Part shown: positions 7,601-14,615 of the stretch, one piece after another
How positions within the stretch are numbered: the stretch's first letter is position 1
Layout: the number at the start of each line of letters is the position of its first letter
Assembly: GCA_041946805.1 (NCBI GenBank)
Contig: JBHGBC010000121.1
Location: 1-18,448 of the forward strand
Direction: 5' to 3'
Source: a bacterium
GTDB taxonomy: Bacteria; Hinthialibacterota; Hinthialibacteria; Hinthialibacterales; Hinthialibacteraceae
DNA: 18,448 nucleotides
Program-made: the position numbers and the translations under genes
The notes under the pieces: generated by a model
The model's database searches: none
The model's input: only the letters and a program-made list of their open reading frames with translations
Told to the model about the DNA's origin: nothing

Positions 7601-8728
7601 ACCCTCCTGACCGCGCGGGATAACGTGAATAAAATCGCGGCGGACACGACCGCGCGGATCGTGTATACCGGATTGGACCGCTGGAAGCAGACCGATACCA
7701 GCCGCTTGTTGTATTCCACGCGACTGGATGGAAAAGAGTGGTCACTCTTCACTTCCGAGACGATGCTCACCGCTCCGGGACTGGCGGCGGGCGCCCATCA
7801 ACTGCAGGTCCGGGCCATGGACCGCAACGGCAATATCGATCCCGCGCCGGCGGTATGGAATTTCACGGTGGAGCCGCACTGGTATAATGAACCACTCTTC
7901 CAGTTGAGCATCCTCACCTCATCCCTGCTGGTCTTGTTCTTCGCCGGGTATGCTCTCCATCGCCATCTGAACCTCGGGAGATTGGTGGCGGAACGGACGG
8001 CGGATCTGTCCCAGGTCAATGAACTGCTTTACGCCCAGCGGCAAAAATTACGCTCGCTGGCGTCCGAGTTGTCACTGGCGGAAGACCGCGAGCGCCGCCG
8101 CCTGGCCACGGACCTGCACGACCGCATCGGCCAATCGCTGACTTCCTGCAAGATCATGATCCAATCCCTGCGCGCCTTGTTTTCCCGTCCCGGTACCCAT
8201 AACGAATGGGATGCCATCCAAGACTCCATCCAACAAACCATCGAGGATACCCGTTCCTTGACCTTTGAAATCAGCCCGCCCATCCTCTATGAATTGGGGC
8301 TGGAGCCGGCGGTGGCCTGGGTGGCCCGGCAATTTCAACAAAAATACGGCCTTGCGATGGACTTGCGCGTGGAGGGAGCGTCCCGGCCGCTCGGCGAGGA
8401 CGTCCGTTCGTTCTTGTTCCGGTCCATCCGCGAACTGCTGATGAACGCCGTCAAGCACGCGCGGGCCCGGTCCGTTCAAATCGTGCTCGCATGGGAGGCG
8501 CGGGAGTTGGCCGTCACGGTGACGGACGACGGGGTGGGAATGGAACCCGGCGCCGCCCAGGCCGGCAAAGGGTATGGATTGTTTGCGATTCGGGAGCGGT
8601 TGACCCTGCTGGGGGGCCGCCTGGAAATCAGCCCGGCCTGCCCGACGGGCATGGCGGTCACCCTGACTCTCCCGGTACCGGAAAACACGGAGGGAAATCA
8701 TGCCGGTGCGCATTCTAGTGGTGGATGA
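4658..8728 (+). CDS. Large membrane sensor histidine kinase (NarX/HisKA_3 type) with extracytoplasmic B and A domains, two-component regulator propeller and Y_Y_Y domain
   Basis: The ATG at 4658 follows GGGAGG, a better start than the TTG at 4652. Signal peptide; propeller repeats such as FGIEEGLPSNTVLCVFEDRQKQIWAGT; Y_Y_Y-like YSTRLDGKEWS...LQVRAMDRNGNIDP; a TM helix at about 7890-7960; H-box ERRRLATDLHDRIGQSL; HATPase motifs ELLMNAVKHA, VTDDGVG and GYGLFAIRERL. Confidence 0.93.
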   Translation: MSNTRYRSIFLALFLVLIQNPQAQSVSKTAQPPSLSASRFGIFDATADWGMPESPPRWGRYKVPGRVEITETPEGTVYDLYGNGEQIFFGSDEGFYLYTERAGSWSLSGQVEWIESGNPFDPWYAAGPMIREKGPLSTSKCVTEGWGEGLTPCVTWREQENQAADSTVFIAKDFPSTSWGKAIYMRISRIAPLDLFYTEWSDDGVHWHFYHSVFVPMRDPVAYGFAIANRCDNEQWAHVRIRDVQLRPLVDIPPIVRRKLPSAFFESNNPIPVTLEIHNLSSHSQEVNIQESIPPDWSASRLSPGGEIHDATLSWKLTAEPGTMAITYQLTPVTSNQAYLSLHGNTEELPIVGDTDATWAQTGEPGPGFFIRRYWNQSDGLEVMDGDRLLFVNAGGEVLTHKNNQGEYLRLAGYQAETIPAGDIAQFPILSAAGEIWSVSFGLAPSSLQTFSYPAYFNRGLRQYKKGRWIAYAVPEIESATFPAGVLPGATDQVFIQIHDRILEFNAATRQARTVRASTPSLYQLPDLRLINSQEADGAYWLAETDGLVKMTPPSSGHRLTEIRWEKMPFDPAYAFSPIFHLRGNEDLGFLLSCRKERTFRGQFKNGRIRDRWKEDSGIGIRDEAGSAWLVNKFNCAFTQISPEGADIPLQDDFFTLQTTDIAADPRHGFWVATRQGIAKFSTPLWFPPPEIGGLKNPVDSICEDGEGGLWFSSNDRLIHRNPGGAWRIYHYPPNTILLIPKSSLSFLPDSGRLAIRLFISGWISFLYFDRARERFRIGVDTQGFPLQYFPIPSRNEVWKIVYRYINKLEVIRDDGRRSQIMAEIEEPDARGDQTDRVLQVEDQDDFWLTLDTDLRHYHGATYQSFAHLRRCRDMLDLGSGKKWCGKDELLEYDGHSWQLVRGGFGLIYQFLRSSDGSIWIASNNGLWRYTNGIWLQFGIEEGLPSNTVLCVFEDRQKQIWAGTALGVARFHPERDPDPPETLLTARDNVNKIAADTTARIVYTGLDRWKQTDTSRLLYSTRLDGKEWSLFTSETMLTAPGLAAGAHQLQVRAMDRNGNIDPAPAVWNFTVEPHWYNEPLFQLSILTSSLLVLFFAGYALHRHLNLGRLVAERTADLSQVNELLYAQRQKLRSLASELSLAEDRERRRLATDLHDRIGQSLTSCKIMIQSLRALFSRPGTHNEWDAIQDSIQQTIEDTRSLTFEISPPILYELGLEPAVAWVARQFQQKYGLAMDLRVEGASRPLGEDVRSFLFRSIRELLMNAVKHARARSVQIVLAWEARELAVTVTDDGVGMEPGAAQAGKGYGLFAIRERLTLLGGRLEISPACPTGMAVTLTLPVPENTEGNHAGAHSSGG

Positions 8729-9359
8729 CCATCAAATCGTCCGGGAAGGATTTTGCGCGCTGATTGACAAACAACCCGACCTGGAAGTCGTGGGGCAGGC
8801 CGGGGACGGCCGTACCGCCATTCAACGGGCCCGCGAACTGCATCCAGGGGTGATCCTGATGGATATCACCATGCCGGATATGAACGGCCTGGAGGCTTCC
8901 CGGCTCATTCACGAGGAATACCCGGGTGTCAAAATCATCATCCTGTCCATCCATGCGGACCGGGAGTACGTGGAGAAAGCCATCCAGACCGGCATCCGCG
9001 GGTATCTGCTCAAGGATTGCGCGTTCAACGAATTGATCATCGCCATCCGGACGGTCCTGGCGAATAGAATCTACCTCAGCCCGGCCATCACCGACGTGGT
9101 GGTGGAGAATTATTTCCTGCGCGAGTCGGGCGCCGCCGGGGAAGCGTCCGAGATGGATTCCCTCACCTCCCGGGAGCGGGAGATTCTGCAGTTGATCGCG
9201 GAAGGCCATACCTCCAAGGAGATCGCGGATCGATTGCATGTAGGGATTTCGACGGTGGACAGCCACCGGCAGCGGATCATGGAAAAACTGGATATCCACG
9301 ATGTCCCCCACCTGGTGAAATATGCCATCCGCAAAGGTCTCACCTCGCTGAATCATTGA
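8700..9359 (+). CDS. NarL/FixJ family response regulator (receiver + LuxR HTH)
   Basis: VVDDHQIVREG, LMDITMPDMNG, GYLLKD and HTH LTSREREILQLIAEGHTSKEIADRLHVGISTVDSHRQRIMEKL. Overlaps the kinase by 29 bp, with a GGAGG RBS. Confidence 0.96.
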   Translation: MPVRILVVDDHQIVREGFCALIDKQPDLEVVGQAGDGRTAIQRARELHPGVILMDITMPDMNGLEASRLIHEEYPGVKIIILSIHADREYVEKAIQTGIRGYLLKDCAFNELIIAIRTVLANRIYLSPAITDVVVENYFLRESGAAGEASEMDSLTSREREILQLIAEGHTSKEIADRLHVGISTVDSHRQRIMEKLDIHDVPHLVKYAIRKGLTSLNH

Positions 9360-9362
9360 GCT

Positions 9363-9449
9363 CCTTATTTTCCCTCCCCCCCTCCTGAGTTTCCCTACCC
9401 CCGATTCATGAGTTTTGAGGAGGGAGCCGGCGGAGATTTCCTCTACACT
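9363..9449 (+). promoter_or_regulatory. Conserved promoter repeat copy 1 (candidate NarL-type regulator binding array plus -10)
   Basis: 9363-9421 matches 9881-9939 at 48/59 nt without gaps, including the identical 18-mer ATTCATGAGTTTTGAGGA. A -10-like TACACT lies at 9444-9449. Confidence 0.7.
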
Positions 9450-9481
9450 GCTTTCGGCTGGAAAGGCCGAAGGGGATTCCG

Positions 9482-9886
9482 ATGAAAATCCGGGCGCTGC
9501 TGGCGGATAAAAACGCGACCCTAAGGAAACAGCTCCGCGCTTTGCTGGAGAAAATCCCGGACCTGGAGGTCATGGGAGAAGCGGACGAGGGATACGCCGT
9601 GGTGCGGCATGTGAAAGCGAGTCAACCGGATCTGGTGTTGATGGACATCGCCTTGACGGGCCTGAACGGGATCGAAGCCCTGCGCAAAATTCACGTCCTC
9701 GATCCCCGGACGAGGGTGATCATCGTCTCCCTGTACGCCGAAGTGGACTATGTCCGGGCCGCCCTGCAGGCCGGCGCCCGGGGATTTATTTTGAAATCGC
9801 AGCTTGCGGAAGAGTTGGAAAAAGCCGTGCGGGCGGTCCTGAACGATGAAATTTATGTGAGTGGCGGGATCGAGCCGGCTCCCTAG
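9482..9886 (+). CDS. Receiver-only response regulator (NarL-type receiver, no DNA-binding domain)
   Basis: PDLVLMDIALTGLNG, IIVSLY, GARGFILK and AVRAVL..EIYVS align with the receiver of 8700..9359, and the protein stops before any HTH. The acidic pocket reads ADK instead of VDD. Confidence 0.9.
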   Translation: MKIRALLADKNATLRKQLRALLEKIPDLEVMGEADEGYAVVRHVKASQPDLVLMDIALTGLNGIEALRKIHVLDPRTRVIIVSLYAEVDYVRAALQAGARGFILKSQLAEELEKAVRAVLNDEIYVSGGIEPAP

Positions 9887-9967
9887 TTTCCCTATCCTCC
9901 TCCCGATTATCCCTACAGCCAATTCATGAGTTTTGAGGATGCCTACGGTCCCCGTGAGGGATAGAGT
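9881..9967 (+). promoter_or_regulatory. Conserved promoter repeat copy 2
   Basis: Offset exactly 518 bp from copy 1. The -10-like TAGAGT at 9962-9967 sits at the same offset as TACACT in copy 1. Confidence 0.7.
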
Positions 9968-10018
9968 GGCAACAGAAATTGAATTTTTGATGAGACCATT
10001 GGGAAAGGAGTGACGCCA

Positions 10019-11041
10019 ATGAAGAAAATAGGGCTGTTCAACACGGTATGGATCGTTCTTATTCTAGGACTTACGCTCAGTGCCGCGGCGCAGATCGTGG
10101 CGGTACGCTCGTTTCATGAGAATGCCTATGTACCCGATGCCCCGGTGCATGTGAGTCTCACGATCTCCAGCGCGACTAGCCCACTCGGACCGCTGTCCGT
10201 AACCGAAAAAATCCCTAAAGGATGGGAGGTCACCAATATTTCGAATCTAAGCTATCAATCGGTTGTCAATGAAGACGGTATCACCTGGAAACGAGTCTAC
10301 ACGGGCCGCTTGGCGTCGGTGGTGTTGACGTACCGCGCCATTCCCCCACGATCCGCGGCCGGGGATGCCGTATTTTCAGGAAATGCAGGCGACCAGGTGA
10401 TCGGAGGGCAAACAACTTTGGTCCAAGGTGAAAACAAACCGATCGGCATTTTCTACAATTTTAGAGAAGAACCAGATGGGGCCTTGGACTGGCCGGTGCC
10501 TGCCGGCACCGCTTCCTACAACAGCCAGACGGGGGAATACACCCTTACGAGTGGTGGCACCCCGGGTACCGCACACGTTTCTGTATACACAACCATGACC
10601 GGGAATTTCAGTTTTCAGGCTACCATTCGAGCCGAAGGTACTAGTTCTTGGTGCAGTGGAGTGATAGGGATTGAAGATTCATGGGATTGGAAATGCGTTA
10701 TTTACGATGCCTGGGTCGGCCGGTATTTAGGAGGCTTCGCGATGTGGAGAGATTACGGCGGCGATATCCAAATGAGCGAAAGCCTTTCCTCCGATGTGCA
10801 AGACGGCCGGGTGCGGATCGTCCGGGAAGGCAATACCTTCCGTATGGATTATTTCGATATCAAGAAACAAGCCTGGACACTCTATGACACGAGGACCATG
10901 GTATTCACCGATCCTGTCTATGTAGGACTCGCCGCTTATTCCGGGGAATATAACGTTCCAGCCATCGCTTATTTCACCGACGTCGAATTGATACAGTTGC
11001 CCTCCACTTCATCGGTCGAGGAGTGGGAGTTGTACCGGTAG
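10019..11041 (+). CDS. Secreted two-domain protein, divergent paralog of 637..1656, with a C-terminal V-x-x-W-x-x-Y tail
   Basis: The ATG at 10019 lies 8 nt after AGGAG, whereas the GTG at 10010 overlaps the RBS. Starts with an MKKIGLF signal peptide. Shared motifs AVR, E..P.GW, ITW, L.Y..IP, FSG..GD.VI.G, PIGIF, Y.SQTGEY, GR.RI.R.G, DTR, DPV..GL, F.DV.L. Ends SSVEEWELYR. Confidence 0.88.
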   Translation: MKKIGLFNTVWIVLILGLTLSAAAQIVAVRSFHENAYVPDAPVHVSLTISSATSPLGPLSVTEKIPKGWEVTNISNLSYQSVVNEDGITWKRVYTGRLASVVLTYRAIPPRSAAGDAVFSGNAGDQVIGGQTTLVQGENKPIGIFYNFREEPDGALDWPVPAGTASYNSQTGEYTLTSGGTPGTAHVSVYTTMTGNFSFQATIRAEGTSSWCSGVIGIEDSWDWKCVIYDAWVGRYLGGFAMWRDYGGDIQMSESLSSDVQDGRVRIVREGNTFRMDYFDIKKQAWTLYDTRTMVFTDPVYVGLAAYSGEYNVPAIAYFTDVELIQLPSTSSVEEWELYR

Positions 11042-11071
11042 TCCCAAATCTTTTTTAGGAGGCATATCGCC

Positions 11072-12323
11072 ATGTTCACCCAAATAAAAAAAAGTCCGAT
11101 GTTCATCGTTTTTCCACTTTTGATTTTTGGAGGAGCTTCAGGAGCCTTCGCCCTCGATTACAACCAAAAGCTGGACGATGCTTTAGCTCAGCAATTCCAA
11201 GCTATCCTGGATGGCGCCAATGTAACAAAGTCCGGGCTCGCCATGGGAATCTACATTCCCGGCAGAGGATTATGGATCGGCGTAACCGGCAATGCGATAC
11301 GGGGTGAAATCATATCCGATGCCAGCGGAAGACCCATAAAGGATGCCAATGGCCAGGCAGTCAAAACTCCGGCGGTCCCCCTAAAGCCCGATGATCTCTT
11401 TGACTTAGGCTGTATAGCACCCTTATATACAGATGTGTTGATGTTAAAATTAATAGAAAAAGGGAAAGCCACGCTGGATGATACGCTGGAACGACGGGTA
11501 CCGGGTTTGGGAGTGCCGTATGCGGATGAAATAACCATTCGGCAGATGATGAATCATACCAGTGGGGTTTTTAGTACGGTTGGATTTTCTGGTGCAGGAA
11601 ATATTCTTTTAAGTTTTTTCATATCGAATTCTTTCACCGGAAATATTTATCAACAGTAAAAAAAATCACCCCCCCTATTTTGCTCCCGCCTCACCAGAAA
11701 AATGGCATTATTCCGATACCAATTGGTTTTTACTTCAATTGGTGATTGAAGCCGCAAGTGGTTCGACTTTCAAACAAGAATTGCATCGTTCCATCCTCGA
11801 TCCATTGGGTCTTTCCCATACGTTTGTCTATTCGGAGGAAATCCTGGATAAGGTGATTCCCGGTTATGATAGCTGGTGGGGTTTCCCCGAACATGGAGCT
11901 CGTCCATACCTGATTTCAACCGCCAATGATGTTATCCGGTTTTCCGCCTCTTTGTTTGCCGGAGAAATACTGAAACCATCAACGGTTGCCATGATGTTGG
12001 AACCGTTGCCTTTCAAAGTCAAAATAGATTCGGATGATATGCCCTTCAAGGACCAAATGGATTATTACGGCATGGGAATCGCGTTTATTCAAGCGCCCAC
12101 GGGTATCGAAATATCGGGCACCCTTGTTGGGTGTGGAGGTGAGGGGATTGGTTTCACCACGGAATTGATCCATCACCTGGATACCGGTATAACTGTAATA
12201 GCACTCGAGAATCTGGAAGGTTTTGGCGGTTCTCCCAGGCCCCGGAGGGCTTCGTTCAATGCCTTGAATGTCGCCCTGAAAGCGCTGAATACATCCGTCG
12301 AATCCTGGTCATGGCATGAATAG
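11072..12323 (+). pseudogene. Secreted serine-hydrolase (class C beta-lactamase / DD-peptidase fold) homolog, split by a +1 frameshift, with substituted catalytic motifs
   Basis: The ORFs 11072..11659 and 11739..12323 are consecutive halves: KLIEKGK..LDD, ITIRQMMNHTSG, then (frame open from 11613) LSPEIF...PPYFAP...WHYSDTNWFLL..VIE..SG, ILDPLGL..T, ISTANDV.RF, YGMG. Removing one T from the T6 run at 11614-11619 gives one 416-aa ORF. A sequencing error cannot be excluded. Confidence 0.8.
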
Positions 12324-12601
12324 GACCGATATACTCCTTGCGAGGTTCTCGGTCTGCCGGGCGCGCCCGAAAACAGAATGTACGACGCGTTCGCGGTTGT
12401 CTATTCGATAACAGGTTACTTTTTTGATGTGACAGAGCGGGAAGGCAAAAGTAGTCCAGTGCAGGAGTAAACGCACAGGGTGGAGACGAGGGTCGCAATA
12501 GGATCGTAGCCACGCCGTTTTGAGCAGTGGTAAAAGGTTATTCGCATTGTTTGGATTATTACGCCCTAGTCGCTGGGAAAACCGAAATGATCATGCGCAT
12601 C

Positions 12602-12929
12602 ACCACCGCCGCAGTTGGGACAGCGGTCCAGGCGGTGTTCTTCCCGGCGGTCGATGGGATCGGGCTGGCGTCGGCGGTGGCCGGGATGGCCCGGTTGGCG
12701 GCCCGCCTTCTTTTTCTGCTTCCGGGGTTTCTTCCCGGTTTGGGCGGAGGCCTTGAGGTGCGGGGGAAATTTGATCGACGATTGGGAGCCGGTTCTTTTC
12801 CATACTCCTAAAAAACTTCAGTACCGGCCCAGAAGTAACGCTTCATGTAATTTATTTTTTTCGCAGGGGGATTTTTCATGAAAAAGGGAGAATTTTACAC
12901 AAATTTACTTCAGATGGGTGACCTGTTAC
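12602..12929 (-). mobile_element. IS66-family remnant (transposase N-terminal fragment plus candidate terminal repeat)
   Basis: A start-less minus frame not in the ORF track reads KKPRKQKKKAGRQPGHPGHRRRQPDPIDRREEHRLDRCPNCGG, with the G.QPGH.G motif at 12703-12677 and the CPxCG zinc knuckle at 12622-12605; it stops at 12566-12568. GTAACAGGTCACCC starting at 12929 resembles GTAA-initiated IS66 ends. Confidence 0.7.
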
Positions 12930-12934
12930 TTTTT

Positions 12935-14419
12935 TCATTGGACCAAGATATCATCGGCCAGGATGTTCAAGCCAGATAGTTCGCTGAAGGAGATATCCTC
13001 GTTTGCAAGGTGGATCGCGTAGCGGCCATCGTCCCGCAGGCTTGGCGATGGATCGGCGAGTTGGAGCGCCAATTGCCAGGTCCCAAGTGGAAGATCTTTT
13101 GGAATCGGGATTTCGCCAGACAACCGGATGGTTCCCGCCTCCGGTTCCCACCGGCGCGGATCGGCATCCTGGAGGATGACGGGCTGCGCCAACCGGGATT
13201 CGCCGGAGCGCCACAAGCCGGCCATGACAGTCCGCGGACTGTGCGGCGAGGCAAAACCGGCGTTTCTCAGCATTAGCTCGAAATGGCAGGTCTCCCCCGG
13301 CTTCACGGCTTTTGTGTAGCACAACCGTTCGGCTACGAAACGGTAACCGAGCCGCCGGGCAATGTAATCGAACGCGGTTTCACCGCGGTATTCCACTTGC
13401 CGCCATCCCCGGAGCACGGCCGGGTGATAGGCGATATTGAGATACACCGGGTGGTATAATTCCATTTCGCGGATGACCTGGTCTATAGGTGTGTTCGCGG
13501 CATTGCCCACCGATTCGCCCCCAAACGAAGTGAAACGGCTGTGTTGGCCGCACCAGAGCAATTCGCGCTGCCGGTCCCAGCCCGGCTCCACGAACGTCCC
13601 GCCGTCGTCCGGCAGGCTCAGAAACGAATCGTCATGCCAGCCGGTTCGCGAGAGTTTTGATCCACGGTAAGCGGTGTCTACCGTCAACGTAGAACCGCCC
13701 GGTTCATTGGTGTAGATATCACGGATGAACATAGGCCGCCGGACCTCGACCATGATCGATTCCGGCAGGGCGTCCAGCCATCCGAACAGTACGGAGCGCC
13801 GGGCCTCCAGCGAAGGCGGATCGCCCCAGTTCGATCCATGCCATTCCCCCCACGGGCCGAGAAAGCCTGCCTGCACGCTGAAAAGGATGCCGGCATTCTC
13901 CGTCAACACGGCTCCCAGTTGCCGGACGTGGCCGAGAATCCGGTTCATGTCCGTGGGATCGGCACGGTAATCGTTCCGGGTGAATCCATACGCGGCCCGG
14001 AAAATGATTTTCAATCCGTTCTGCCGCGCCGCCGCCAACGCCTCGCGCAACTCGGTCAGTTTCTCCGGCGATAGATCCCGCTCCTTGAACTCGCGTAGAT
14101 CCATTTCCACGAGCAGCAGGGTGATGCCCTGTTCCCGCAGGCCTTCCAGCTTATCCAGGCGGCGGCTCATGCGGGGCGCGTAAAAACCGCGTTCCGGATT
14201 GGGAAAATTCTCCCGGGTCTCGCGATAGACGATTTCCTGGAGGTTTCTCGAGGACGGGAGTGGCGTGGATTCTGCGCCATACAAGGGAGCGGCATAAAAA
14301 AGCATGGACATTCCGAATGTGAAAAGAAACAAGAACGACGAGATACAAGAGAATACCGGCTGCATGGAATGCAGGAGTCGATGAACAGCCATTGGCACGG
14401 TCCTTTCTGGGATTACCAT
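12935..14419 (-). CDS. DUF4874 + DUF4832 domain protein (possible glycoside hydrolase-like, probably exported)
   Basis: Motifs FPNPERGFY, IIFRAAY, QAGFLGPWGEWH, HDDSFLS..D.GT, GGE, RRLGYRF and N.GFA.P...R. Hydrophobic N-terminal segment. The true start may be a later ATG such as 14365. Confidence 0.8.
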   Translation of the reverse strand: MVIPERTVPMAVHRLLHSMQPVFSCISSFLFLFTFGMSMLFYAAPLYGAESTPLPSSRNLQEIVYRETRENFPNPERGFYAPRMSRRLDKLEGLREQGITLLLVEMDLREFKERDLSPEKLTELREALAAARQNGLKIIFRAAYGFTRNDYRADPTDMNRILGHVRQLGAVLTENAGILFSVQAGFLGPWGEWHGSNWGDPPSLEARRSVLFGWLDALPESIMVEVRRPMFIRDIYTNEPGGSTLTVDTAYRGSKLSRTGWHDDSFLSLPDDGGTFVEPGWDRQRELLWCGQHSRFTSFGGESVGNAANTPIDQVIREMELYHPVYLNIAYHPAVLRGWRQVEYRGETAFDYIARRLGYRFVAERLCYTKAVKPGETCHFELMLRNAGFASPHSPRTVMAGLWRSGESRLAQPVILQDADPRRWEPEAGTIRLSGEIPIPKDLPLGTWQLALQLADPSPSLRDDGRYAIHLANEDISFSELSGLNILADDILVQ

Positions 14420-14615
14420 ATTTCACCCTACTATACTCAATACCATACTGCCATGAGCGGAAATAGGGCGTAACGTGTGTGAGCACATTCCCCAAACAGA
14501 TTGATATGGTCACGCCAGTCCTTCCACGATAGTGTGATCCCGAGCCTGAATTCACCTTCCGATTCTCCGGATAAGGCTGAAATTCAAATTTTTCGAGTCA
14601 TGCCGTTCGGCGCTT

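Noticed and set aside
8072..9922. Minus-strand ORFs 8072..8713, 8715..9356 and 9521..9922
   Set aside because: They are antisense mirrors of the kinase and response regulators.
1787..12323. Beta-lactam resistance locus (blaI, blaR1, beta-lactamase)
   Set aside because: The M56 protein has no penicillin-binding domain, and the lactamase-fold gene lacks SxxK, is frameshifted and lies in a different transcription unit.
12358..12369. Palindrome CGGGCGCGCCCG after the hydrolase gene as an intrinsic terminator
   Set aside because: The stem is only 4 bp and is followed by an A run rather than a T tract on the coding strand.
12520..12881. Small ORFs 12520..12756, 12527..12811, 12600..12803 and 12615..12881
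   Set aside because: They are alternative frames over the IS66 remnant; the motif-bearing frame is a different, start-less one.
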